64,000 nucleotides of DNA, from NCBI GenBank assembly GCA_002633005.1, contig NMRA01000006.1:789861-853860 (forward strand). The letters run 5' to 3'. Of the stretch, positions 37,922-50,373 are shown one piece after another; positions within the stretch are counted from its first letter, which is position 1; the number at the start of each line of letters is the position of its first letter. This DNA comes from Phoronis australis. Its lineage: Eukaryota; Animalia; Phoronida. Made by a program: the position numbers and the translations under genes. The notes under the pieces were generated by a model. It saw only the letters and a program-made list of their open reading frames with translations, had not been told where the DNA came from and ran no database searches.

Positions 37922-38560
37922 CAGGGCTCAACACTAACGGTTGCCCGATTGCCCGTGTACATGTAGATTTTGCGTCGGGCAAATGGAATTTGAAAAGTAC
38001 TTGCCCGATGGGCAAGTTAAAAAGCTAGCCTCATAGGCAAGTAGATCCTAAGATTGTCTGCTCGACATTTGCTCCAAAGTAACGAACCCCGACACAAGCC
38101 TAAAAACCGTCGAAAAAGCCCGTGGCCGTCAAAGAAACTCCCGTCTTCGAATGAGCACCGAAAGGAAAATAGAACGAGTATGATGCAGCGTGCACAGATG
38201 ACGCTCGCGGTCAAATCCTTTCGATTCTCTGAACGTGCCCTGCAGTTTCTGAATAAGTTGTCACGTGATACTACTGATCGTCTGCACTCTGGCAAAACGT
38301 CTAAACATGGAAGCCGTCCAGGCCTCGACGGCATTGGTTTAGTTGCTAACAACGAGTCCAGGAAGAATCAAAGCAATAATATGAAACGAAAAGAGTGCGG
38401 GGATGGGTTCCGTCATGGGGAATTAGGTTTTCTGGCCTGCGAGACAGTGAACAAGGGATGACGTTTGATTTTTGCCGGCGTTTACCCATGTACAGCTGGA
38501 AGCACCGCGTTCGTCTGCGGATGTAAGTCATACAGATAAGCGCGAAACCTAAAAAGTGAA
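37922..38560 (+). mobile_element. hAT transposon 5' remnant with a decayed TTF-type zinc finger (ZNF862-like transposase N-terminus)
   Basis: Starts CAGGGCTCAACACTAAC with subterminal TTGCCCG repeats. 38380-38536 reads YETKRVRGWVPSWGIRFSGL...GMTFDFC, then after a frameshift PCTAGSTAFVCGCKSYR. Confidence 0.55.
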
Positions 38561-39587
38561 TGATTGACGACACATTTTTTACACTACACAGCAGTTAAAA
38601 AGGCCTGGTATTTATTCAGGGGAATTCCAAAGGACATTCTTATGAATTCCCGGCTCCCAGTGGCGACTCCCGAAAGAAGAGGAATACGGTCTTCGGGATT
38701 GCCGCTCTGAAGTCTGAAGGGTGACTTTTTCGCGGTCTATTTATTTTTCAAAAATGTAATTATTTATTGAAAATAAAAGTATATGTGGCATTATTATATG
38801 TTAAAATTTGATTTTAATTTAATACAAGGTACCAATGACCAAAACTGTGCAAGATTTTTACGGATAGCAAAAATTGAAATTCAGGTTAGCAACAACTCAA
38901 GTTTAATGCATGAGGGCGTNNNNNNNNNNNNNNNNNNNNNNNNNNNNNNNNNNNNNNNNNNNNNNNNNNNNNNNNNNNNNNNNNNNNNNNNNNNNNNNNN
39001 NNNNNNNNNNNNNNNNNNNNNNNNNAAATTCGAAAACATCTTCTGAAAACGCACAAAAAAGTGTATTAGTAAAATCTACTGATTTTTAAGTGGTTTTAAA
39101 AAACAATCGGTAAACTCACCGATTTTTGTCTCATTACTTTGATACGTGTCTCTTCCGATAAGTTAGTACCTAACGTGCAGACGAGAACTCCAAATTGGAA
39201 CGCTAAGTCCCGCGTGGTTGCGCTGCACGCGAAACAAGATGGCGGACGAACTTTGGAGCCTGACGAAAATAGGTAACCGGACGATATAACACATGGACAT
39301 TGTAAAAAAAATAAAAACGTTGTCTTCTCTACCTACCTACACGTGCGCACGTTTCATTCGATTTTATTTGCTGAATTTTGAAATGAGTAACTTTTTATGG
39401 GGATGTACTATCGCCCCTGTATGCCTGCGGCAGGGCGATGTAATTTCCTAAAATTGTCCTATATAAACCAACTGGGGGTTGGCAAGATGCTCACGAGGAC
39501 CACCATAACATGCAGCGTTGGTAGACTAGCGTTCATGAACAGTCGAGAAGACTTCGTGGAAAGACAGTGAGGTCTAACAATACCTAC

Positions 39588-39825
39588 CTTCCTTTTTCGA
39601 GTTTATCTGTTCTGGTGCTTTGTTTTTATCTTCATTCACACCAGCATTTTTCTTATTCTTCGCCTTTGCAGATTTCGCCTTCTCGTTCTTGCTGTCCTTT
39701 TTTGATTTAGCCTGCTCTTCTTTAAGCGCAGCTTGCTGATTTAAAAATTCATAGGGATCTAAATCCTCATCATCATCAATTAATATGAATCTGTTGTTAA
39801 CCCCTATGCTGTATTCTGTATCCAT
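39588..39825 (-). CDS. SERBP1: SERBP1-family first coding exon
   Basis: Encodes MDTEYSIGVNNRFILIDDDEDLDPYEFL (conserved Y.IGV.NRF...DP.E.L N-terminus). Donor G|gtaggt. Confidence 0.92.
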
Positions 39826-40399
39826 TGTTCCTCAATTAGCGAGGATGTCAATGGATGTCTCGGCCACAGTACTGTGGACTTCCGAACTTGTCAAAAATGG
39901 CGTGTCTCCTCCAGGGCTGTGATAACAAACATAAATCTGTTAATTTTCAAATCCTAAAGAAAAGCTAATATATACTTTTAGCGTTTCTAATAGTGTAAAG
40001 AAGTATTAAAATTGAATTTTCAAACAATGCAACGTTAAATGACAAAAGTCCTACTACTTTCTTTTATTTCATATAACAAAATACTCTCATTTGATCCACG
40101 TTTTTTGTTACCCCTTCCCGCCATTTATTAACTTTAGCAAAAATATATTGCGCGAAAATAAATAAATGGATTATGTTTTGAAAACAAAATTCACTGCTAG
40201 TTTACTACTTTTTATGGAGTATAGAGCTTTATTAAGGTTGTGTCATTCAATGTTGTATGTGAAATCTTACTTTCTGGTACCGCTTCACATTTGACCTTTT
40301 GACCTAGTATTTAAATTATTTCCCACAAGTCATTGCGCGTTAAAGGCGCGGAAATTCGTTTTTGGAGGGAACCAGAAAACTCATCGGCACAAATCAGCA
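39826..40399. promoter_or_regulatory. Bidirectional promoter region between SERBP1 and ZNF367
   Basis: 574 bp between divergent ATGs. YY1-like AAAATGGCG 39894-39902; E2F-like TTCCCGCC 40115, GCGCGAAA 40150 and GGCGCGGAAA 40345; CHR TTTGAA 40177. Confidence 0.65.
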
Positions 40400-40724
40400 A
40401 TGAATCACAGCAACGTATTTTCTTCGCCAGTGCGCATTTCGAAGTTAGAATCAAACATCGTTGACGTTCCATATAGTCCTCCTATCAAAGACAATCGAAT
40501 GCTACCGTGGAACTGGGGAGAAGGAGCGCAAACAATTCAGTTCAGCCCATCAAGTTACAGTGGTTCGGCTGAAGAGAATGCTCGACGGGGACGCCCGAGA
40601 GCCGATTCAATAACTTCACTTATAAAGGAAGGATCTGTATCTCCCTGTGAGATCAAATGTAAAATCTGCAACAGAGTGTTTCCGCGGGAGAAATCTTTGC
40701 AGGCTCATCTGAGAACTCACACAG
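40400..40724 (+). CDS. ZNF367: Zinc finger protein 367, exon 1
   Basis: Encodes PWNWGE, RRGRPRADSITSLIKEG and IKCKICNRVFPREKSLQAHLRTHT, diagnostic of ZNF367. Donor G|gtacgg. Confidence 0.93.
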
Positions 40725-41515
40725 GTACGGAAATACGGTCAATCAGTCTACTTCAGTAGACAAAAATTTAAAAGGACGTTGACACGAAAGTGAACAGTTG
40801 ATTTGCGTCTTCTACCCATCAGCTCAAATGTGCGCGTAAGCCTAATGTATTTCAGAGAAATTACTCCACAGTAATTTTTTGTTGTTTTTTTTTTGATGTG
40901 CACGTGAAAGACTTATTAATGATAGTAATGAAAATTTCACAAGGTCACCCAGTAAGTTTTCTCGGGAAATTACGCGCGCAAAGTTGCGCCATTTTTAAAC
41001 GGACTGGACGATCCACTAAGGAGCTCACTTGGCACTTTGTCATTTATTCCACAATACCATATGATGACTTTTAAACGCAATTGAAATTATAATTATCCTC
41101 AACTATATATATTTCACTCAGCAGTCATGAGTCACTGACTAACGCTGTTTATGTATTCAACTAGAAAATTATATAGATGCAAAGCTTGCACTCTGTTTGG
41201 ACTGGAGCTCCCAGTCCCACAATATTGGAAACTTTTCCATTTCAATGTTAAATGCTTAGAAGTCTTAGGGAAAGGTTATGGAAAAGGCAGTAAAAGTCTG
41301 TCAAAGAATGTCGGTCTTTGAACACATGCAGTTCTCAATTTTTTTCTATTTGCAGAAAATTAAGTTTGCAAGACATTTTCTCTTTTTGCTCTCTCTTCTA
41401 GAAGGTCTAGCTGAGTAACCCATGACTGTAAAGTTGATAGGTCTGTGTCATGTATGTGGGAAATTAGACTCATAATGAAATTTAGAGCAAGCAAACTATG
41501 CTAAATTGTATTTAA

Positions 41516-41839
<324 letters not shown>

Positions 41840-42333
41840 TGAAGCTGGGAAATTTGGATGCCTAATCTTTAGAGAGTTGATTGCTGATGAAAAGTATCCC
41901 TCTGTTTGGAGCATCCTTGAGAAAGTTACCTTTCCATATAATTTGGTACTTAAGCATCTCAGTCAAGGCTCAACTCGGCTTTAGTAAATGCTCGGAAATA
42001 TGAGTGGAAAATGTAAAATATGAATAATAAGGTGTCTAGAGGACTTCCTACCTTTTGCTGCTTTATACGAGCCCAAAATAATCTGGAAATATGTCGTGGC
42101 AAATATGTCATCGCCTGTGTCGAGTGCAGTCTGTTTGCTAGAAAGTGGTCAAATGAAAACACTGAATTGTAGTGACTAAAATTCAGGTTTAAACAACAGT
42201 ATGTGTGGTCAGCTGTCTTTACTTTTGATTTCATCAACTTACTTTCATGCATACCCATTTACCTATTGCTTCTGCTAGTGTTAAGACACCCCATTTATGC
42301 AATATAATTTAACGTTGTTCCATTTTAATGTAG

Positions 42334-42469
42334 GGTGCACCACACGATTCACGCACGCCAACCGACACTGTCCTGATCACCCCTTTGCCAGTCTAAGGAG
42401 AGAGTCTTCGTTTTTGTCATCACCACACAGTGAGTGCAAGGATGAGAACAGGCCACAAAATAGTCGTCG
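42334..42469 (+). CDS. ZNF367: ZNF367 exon 3
   Basis: atgtag|...|gtaagt. Encodes CTTRFTHANRHCPDHPFASLRRE. Confidence 0.92.
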
Positions 42470-43237
42470 GTAAGTCATGCGCTTTTTTAATTTCATGCTA
42501 AAGTCATGATTAAAAGCAGCAGGTACGATTCCTAATACAATTCTTCAGAAATTTCTACTAGTATAAGAGACTTGTATGTTTGGTTTCTTACACTACAATG
42601 AGACCCATGGTTAAACTACTCTATAAACGAAAGCATACTCCACTATTCATGATGTTAATTCGTTTTCTTTGGCCTCTCAGGCCTTAGGAAACGGAGAAGA
42701 CGACTTTGACATGGTTAAATGCTCTAACTATATGAATGCCCATATTTTCCAAAGTATTCAAAGGTAGCTGTGGTGTAGAGTGTTGTCATGGTAACATTGG
42801 AGATGCTAATTAAACATTAGTTTGGTAACTATACTTGCAAAAAATGAGAATTATAATTTGACTTGTCTGCCATGTGTCCAGCACTACTGTTGAGATACAA
42901 TAACACTTTCTATTACATTAAGACTCGCCAACTCTCTGCAGCTACTGCTCATTTTGTGACTTCAAGCTTCGTTTTTTGGATGTGTAGTAAAGCAATTTAT
43001 AGCACACTATTGGAGAAAAGTAACATGTTATTTTGAGTATTTTCTAAACAAACGGAAGTTCAATTTTTACTGCATTATTTGTTTAGCTTAATTGTTGCAA
43101 AATAAAACATGAAGTTCTGAGTATTTTTAGCTATGTGCCAAGCCAACGAAGAACCACAAGTGTTAAAATTTGGGTAATGGTTTTGTTTGAAGTGTGACGA
43201 AATTTAGTTACAAAGACATTGTCTCTTCTGTGTTTAG

Positions 43238-43457
43238 ACCCTTTGCGGCTGGAAACACACCATCCGGCAAGGCACCTCTGCGACAAAGGCAACTGAAACG
43301 ACATTTTGACCAAGAAGCTAATGAATTCAACAAAACATCTAAAAAAGTACTAAAGATGGACAGTGAAATGCAGACAAAGTTAACAAAAGCACCCTGTAAG
43401 AGAGATGAACTGCTTGGGGCTATGGCCCTCGTGGAGTTGGCTCAAGGACTATTTTGA
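43238..43457 (+). CDS. ZNF367: ZNF367 last coding exon
   Basis: gtttag| then PFAAGNTPSGK...RDELLGAMALVELAQGLF*, with the conserved C-terminal A(L/M)AL(I/V)ELA motif. Confidence 0.85.
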
Positions 43458-46304
43458 GGAGATTTTTAATAAAAACTCTTTGTAATGTGCTTATTATTTA
43501 TTTGTTGTAAGACGCCAAAACTGTTTAATGATGTTGTAAATATATTTTATGTGAATGTTATAAATATTTTGTGAATGACAGTTGAGGAAGTCAAACGTGT
43601 TCAAAGACTGGAAGGAAATAGTTTTAAAAATTCACTGAATTATTTGAATGATTACGTTGCAGTACTAAGCAAGTAATTCGTATTTTATGGTGTTTTTTAA
43701 CATATACTACACAAGAATAGTTTGTATTTAAATTTTATTGTTGTGTGATATAAAACACTTGTTTCAAAGGTAGCCTTTGACCGTGATGGTTATTATATGC
43801 CTCACTGAGGCTTGTTCTCATTTCTGTTTGTTTCCTGTGCTGAGGTGGAACCAATATCGTGGTATTTTATTTTCGCATCTACATGTAACTTTTAACTGAA
43901 AGGAAGGATTATTTGCTATTTTCATCTCAAATATATCATTGAGTACTGAATTTCCCAGCTTTTCATTATTCCTTTGTGGTCATTTAGAATCAATTCACTG
44001 ACCATGGTAGTTCCCTGAAACAGTGATTTCAAGTTACAGTATATTTCCATCTATGAATCGGATGTGTTCATCTGAGAGTAGTGTGAGAAAAGAAAAGAGC
44101 AATACAGGGAGGTGACAATGGTGCTTTGTATTACAATTACAGTCCAAATCTGTATTATAGGAGGGGTGCAGGTGCCCACAAACCACTGGAAATTAAAAAG
44201 CATGATTGTTAGAAATGCCAACATATGAGCGCACATCCCCAACCCTTTCGTCACAACGTGTCTGTGCCACTTGAGCTTCATTATTTACAAGGATACTAGA
44301 TCATATTTTGGGATTTTACCCGAAACTGTTTCTGTCATCTGCTATTTTTTCATTGCCTACTTTCCCCGAGGTATGAAACTGTCAGCTAAAACTCACCTTT
44401 ATCCCAAAATGGATTCGGTGGTTGTAAACACGTGACCATTCCCACAGTCGCACATTTGATGGTTGCCGGAGGACTACAATCAAGGAGTGTAGTACAATTA
44501 TTATTATAGTAAACTTGCTACAATGCAATACTTTAAAGATTTGAGTGTTTAGTCGAAATTAATAGTCAAAATTCGGGTTTCGCATTCGATAGATCCAGCA
44601 TAACGCCAACTCTGAAGGAGAACTGGCAAACACATGATTAAGTTTAAAAGGTAAACAAGACAAGACTACGAATTTTTTTACTTCAAGCTCTGATTTTTTT
44701 TCACAAATACTTTGACGTCATTGACAATTGATTGTCAATGTTTTACTTTTCTGCGGATACCGATTGATTTTTTAGCGATTATTGCTAAACTATGTATGCA
44801 AGGGCACACGGTTTTGAACATATTTGTACGCGGATCATGATTAGCGTCGATGAATAATCAGGGCCGTAGGAAGCGGGAGGGGGACACGGGCCCCCCAAAA
44901 AAAATTTCAGGCGTCAGAGTTCAACCGTGGCAACCGACATACGCGTGGGGCGGGGACAGTCGAGAAAAGAAAGACTGCTACATGCAGATAAGAGAGAAAA
45001 TTCAAGAGAACATTTAACAACTCTGTATAAGTGCATGGTTTACGTTTTGAGGACCCTGGCTAGGACATTGTTTATGGGGTATCCGCTTTCACAACACAGG
45101 TCGTCTAAACGCACTTGGAAACGTGCACCTAATGATTCATGCATATATTTCGAAAAATCGAGAAAATTTGTAAAGCGTATTAATTTACTGGATTTTTAAA
45201 TTCAATAAGTCAATTTTGCGACGGCAAAACCATGTTTTTCCAGAGGCCCCTCTGGCAAGGGATAACGGAGACAACTGTCACTTTTTTCTCGAATTGTATA
45301 TAAGTTGAGAAAAATTGATGGCCTGACAGATATCATCAATTGCTGCACATTTCTTGATTTTTGAAAATATAAATATTTTCTTATTGAGGGGCCTTGAAGG
45401 AGACCATTGATGACATTCAAGTGGCCACAGTTTTATACTTTTAATGACAAATTTTTTGAGGGCCCGCTCACGGAGAGAGGGCCCAATGTTGGACTATTTT
45501 CCTATTTGTTGTGAAATTGTGCAACCGACTTTCATGTTGAAGATGGTCACTTCCTGCATCGTCTTGTGACCACTTGACGATGGAATGAACTCTCACATTT
45601 TTCCAAGCTTAATAATGTTTAGCCTATCATAATTGAGGTGTCTCATTTCAGACGGGACCCTCTCTTGGTGGAGCAGTTCGGAGAAATGTCCCTTTGCCCC
45701 TCTGTACATGTAAATCCGAAACTGCCAAGTATTCACGTGGGAAGTTGTGATTCCAAATTCCATCAAAAACAAAACATTCGTGTACAGCACAACGGTATCA
45801 AGACATTCGACCCGAACAACCAAAAAATGTGAAAAAATACGATAGGATTGACTGCCATCGAAAGTGAGTCAGGAATTTTAAAGAACGTGAAGACCGCTAT
45901 TTGTTAATTACACAAATGGACTTTTTCCGATTGTTAGTTATGGAATATTGTTACTGTTTCTCATAGTTTCACAAAAATAATATCTCCTTTGAAGGTGGTT
46001 ACTATGAGTTATTTGTAAGGAATTCCCACATGTGGAAAACTGCTGTCGAGGCTGCCATTGAGGTGACCGTGTGCATGTGGAACGAGTTTACTCAAATACT
46101 CGCAATAATAAACAAATTAAGCAAATATTTCAGTGTTATTTTTTGAGGTCAAGTTAAACTCGTGAACCGCTATATGTACCTCGGAAATGAGAAAAATACA
46201 CCTTTAGATGAATGCCCAATCTCCTATTTCACCCCGGTTACCCGTCAAAAATCTGCAAGCATGCATGCGGAAATTGCTAATAACATTCTATTTTGATAAA
46301 CAAG

Positions 46305-46980
46305 TTCGTTGGTTTCTGATTTACATGTTTATGTATCTACGAAAACCGACAGGTTAATAGGTGATTTTTGGCAATTAGAAGCTAATCTTTTAAGAAATGA
46401 TGACGATTCAGGGAATTTAGTTGAAGCATGCATATGGAAAAAAAATATTAATCCGATCCCCAAATAGTAAAGTGCATTGGACGCTTTTTGCCTAGTACCT
46501 AAAATAACTCTCAATGACATTGATGAAATTTGGACACTTCCCAAAAATTTTCTCACAATTCAAATGACAATAAATACATTGCTTTTTGACTTCGGTACAA
46601 GTTTTGCTGTTTAATATCACTAACAGCGGATCAAAATGGAGCTAAGTCATTAAATCAAGGTAAATGCATTGCTCATGGATTTGATTGTTGGTTTCTGATT
46701 TACATGTTTATATATCTACGAAAGTGGGTTGATTGAGAGATGATTTTTTGACAATTAGAAGCTTATCTTGTAAGAAATGACAATGCTTCAATGAACTTAA
46801 TTACACGCCGATATTGGGAAAATTTGATCTATCATCAGATCCCCAAATATAAAAGCACACTAAACGATTTTTGTCTATCTGAAATAAATCTCAAGGAAAT
46901 TGATGAATTTCGGACAGCTCAACAATGTGTCCTAAAATGTTCTCACAAATTCAAATGACAATATTTTTATTGGCTTAGGA
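46305..46980. repeat. Degenerate ~380-bp direct duplication
   Basis: GTTGGTTTCTGATTTACATGTTTAT.TATCTACGAAA at ~46308 and ~46687, followed by colinear similarity (CAATTAGAAGCT, TAAGAAATGA, GATCCCCAAATA, TTCTCACAA.TTCAAATGACAATA). Confidence 0.75.
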
Positions 46981-47191
46981 ACTAAATTACTGGGTTTAAG
47001 TTTACAAACTGTACATCGAAAACGAAATTTAAGTACTTTAATAAACAAATCAAACTTATTGGTCATCAACTTGGAAAGGTTCTCTTTAAATTTCGTTAAT
47101 GTTTTTAGTTTCCAGTAGTATTGCACAATGAATTTTTGTTCTTCAAAACTGAATCTTTTGCTTTCAATTCCCGTGCATACTACACACACGG

Positions 47192-47414
47192 CATGAGCAC
47201 ACCCAGCTTAAAATATAGGGGTGCTCGAATTTTTGAAGATGTGGACCTTTTACTAAAGAAAGAAAACCGAATACGGGGTTCGTTCAGGGCTATGAATTGT
47301 GCATACGCCGAATCCTGCCTTTTTAGTGGACTTTTGTCTCGTTTTCTCGGACTTTTTGTTTCTCTGAGGCGGAACTTTTACTCACTTTGCGAAATGGGGG
47401 GGCTCGTGCGCATG
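47192..47414. mobile_element. GC-rich MITE with 5-bp TSD (CACGG)
   Basis: CATGAGCAC...GTGCGCATG imperfect TIRs, with CACGG on both flanks. Confidence 0.65.
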
Positions 47415-48606
47415 CACGGAGCACGTCATCACAGGCACACCCCCTTTAAAAATATGGTGTAACCATGCAGTAGGCCTGTGTAGAATCTCAGTTACCCACG
47501 GGAACTGAATTTTAACTCCAGACGTTGAGGTGTGTACATTTTTGGGACACACTCTGTATCATTTCCCCCAGCAACTAGAAACTGGACTACGGGCTGTGCT
47601 TCATCAAGGGATTCTGAAACGGCCACAAAGGCGCTCATACCAGGCACCTCGGGACCTCACCTTTCCAAAAATTACTTAAAGAATGGCCATAATAAAATGA
47701 AGTTTTCCCGAAACTGGATCATAATAAAACGAACCTTGACCTTCGACCCAGAGCAAAGGTATAGGTACGAATCCACTGCTGGAACCCAGTTCCCAGTGCT
47801 CGTCAGTGCGTTCGGGCCTTAGTCTCATTGTTACTCTCCGTGAAACTTTGTAAGTTCACGTTTACTCAAATCCTGATGGCTGCATCCCCAGTATTTACCC
47901 CCACCTATGGCAGACGTGGGGGGAGTTCGGTACAAACATGATGACATCCAGAGAACGAGGGAGATGGCGATAGCAAGGGGGTAGTTTGGCGAAGTCAAAT
48001 TGGAATGTGCCCCTTTTTCATTCCTGCGGGCCTGGAGTAGCAGAACACATGTGGTCAAAACAACACAATATCCAGTGGAATAACATCCGNGCCTGATAAT
48101 GATATGCAAACATTTCAACCCAGCGCTGAAACGAACCTGTAACCCCGCGGCCACACTCTAACGCTCTGCTGTAGGACTGAGCTAGTCTTATACACCCCAC
48201 TCTGTAAGTACCAGAAATTAAGCGCAGGATTACACTGGCTTGAATTCATCGAATGTGTGGCAGACAGCGGCAACAACTGGCTATTTGTAGTATAATAACC
48301 AAATACATCGTATTTTGTTGTTCTAGTCAAAACCCAGTAAATTTAAACAATTCTAGCTCACCCAATAATAATTCTGAAATTATTTTTTTTTGCAGCCGTA
48401 AAACCGACGATGTCCCTGAAAGGAGGATTTCACCGCGCTGTTATGCAGTCAATAGTGAATTCTTAGCAGAAGCAATTACAGTTTAAAAACAATACCCTGA
48501 TTACATGAAAAGGTGCTACACGATAATCGAATTTGGCCTTTTACTTTCATAAAAACAGGTCTCATAATTTTCCATACCATGAAAGGGTTCTATTTCTGTT
48601 ACTAAC

Positions 48607-48908
48607 CAGGGGCGGATCCAGGATTTTGAGTTGGGGGGCAGGGCACAAGAATAACCAGAATTTCGCCATATGCGCGCACCCAGCCTAAAATGTAGGGATG
48701 CAGGGTCTCGAATTTTTGGGCTTGTGGACCTTATTAATTAAAAAAATACGGTAAACGGGGTTTGTTCAAGGCCTACGCATTGTGCATTCGCCCCCGAGGA
48801 CCCCTGGGTGCGCGCATATGCTAGTCAGCAATTCGCACCCCGAACTGCCAAATGGCATCTGGGAGAATTTTAGGGGGGCATGTCCCCCTTCCCCTAAAAC
48901 CGCCATTG
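48607..48908. mobile_element. MITE with 5-bp TSD (CTAAC) containing a nested MITE (48667-48820)
   Basis: CAGGGGCGGAT...AACCGCCATTG flanked by CTAAC. The inner element has perfect 17-bp TIRs CATATGCGCGCACCCAG / CTGGGTGCGCGCATATG. Confidence 0.65.
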
Positions 48909-49650
48909 CTAACAAGAACACCAAAACCTTCGGGCTGGGGTTGACTAAACCTAACTTTACATGCGCCCACAATTTCAGGTTTGGCCAACTCTCTTGACTT
49001 GCTGGTGGTTTCAGTGATCTTGGAATCGCTACCGAAATCGAATCCTATCACGGTGAAGACTGTTATGAGACCCATTCACGCGCTTCTTTGTTCTTTTTTT
49101 GGCAACTAAATATTGACGAAACGGAAGATTTGTTCGCAATTTTCTTCGTTGAACCCTCCTTTTAAAAATCTCCAAATATTATCAATTTGAATGTCCTCGA
49201 CTGCATATTCTAGGACGTAGTTTATCGCAATTTTGATACACCTTATATAAGTTCTTGTTCTTCAGAACTTTAGCTTTGTCTCCTAGTGTTTGAGGTTTTA
49301 TTGCAATCAATGGATATTGGCAGTGAGAAACTAAGTTCTGTTACGAATGACATACGAAGAGGCACATACACTGCTACTGATATAAAAAAATGCGCTCGAG
49401 CGCCTTTTCGTCTTAATTTTTATAAAACATTTAAGACTCGCTATTATCAGATTCTAAGCATTTACATTGTACGCCTAAAATGCGCACAATATTCAGGACG
49501 AAAGTTATTAACTCAGCCATTTGTAATTTGGCCTACGAATCTGTTTTCAAATGAGGACTCTTAACACACTCCATTTTCGGAGTAAAGATTTCCATAGAAA
49601 CCATGCATAAAATTCCATGACCAAGTGACAAAGCGTGACGTTGACTGAAG

Positions 49651-50373
49651 ATGTCTAGGACAATACAAGATTATACCAAAAAAAGAAGAATGTTCCTTCA
49701 TTTATTGCGGCGCATTACGAATGAAAACGTGATTTCAAGATGGAACGAACTAGGAAATGGGATTGTTATTGACTTACAACAGATTGACATGAGCCTCATT
49801 CAGCGCAAGTGCCCAGAAATCCTGTCTATGAATATAAACAACATAGAAGACTTCTTCCACACGTTGCACAGTTTCGGCTTTAATATTCATGCCAAGCGAA
49901 GCACCTCTGAAATTGAATTTCGACATCCATTTTTTACCCGAAACAGCAGTACCAGATTGTCACCACTGATAGATCATGAAACACTAGGCCTGATGCGGAC
50001 TGAGTCATCAATGATGTGTCAGAACCAACCAGTGACAATGACACACAATGTTCCTGTAACCCTGCAAGACTCTAACCCTTTCCTTTGCCGCGGTGAAGAC
50101 TATCCGACCCAAACTATTGTGCTCCTACCCTGCGTGTTGACACACAGCGACTGCGTTCCACTCCACCCGGACTCGGAAATATTGAAACAACAAACTTGTT
50201 TAAACCTCCGTTCCTATGGCTATGCTGAAGACGCAATGGATCTGACGAATTCGACAACCAAAAGGACCAAAAAGAGTGAATCTGATACTATGCAAACTTC
50301 TTCAAAATCTTCTGACCGGCGACGAAGTAGTCGAAGCAAGAAGCTTATTAATAGTAATATTTACTATTTCTGA
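49651..50373 (+). CDS. Intronless protein with a divergent HSF-type DNA-binding domain (HSF5/HSFY-like architecture)
   Basis: 240-aa open ORF. FLHLL...ISRWNELGNGIVID...FFHTLHSFGF...EFRHPFFTR...L..LI follows the HSF-DBD pattern. Basic, Ser-rich C-terminus. Confidence 0.72.
   Translation: MSRTIQDYTKKRRMFLHLLRRITNENVISRWNELGNGIVIDLQQIDMSLIQRKCPEILSMNINNIEDFFHTLHSFGFNIHAKRSTSEIEFRHPFFTRNSSTRLSPLIDHETLGLMRTESSMMCQNQPVTMTHNVPVTLQDSNPFLCRGEDYPTQTIVLLPCVLTHSDCVPLHPDSEILKQQTCLNLRSYGYAEDAMDLTNSTTKRTKKSESDTMQTSSKSSDRRRSSRSKKLINSNIYYF

Noticed and set aside
47560-47830. CTGACGA / TTGATGA segments as hammerhead ribozymes
   Set aside because: There is no correctly placed GAAA after stem II and no stems I/III.
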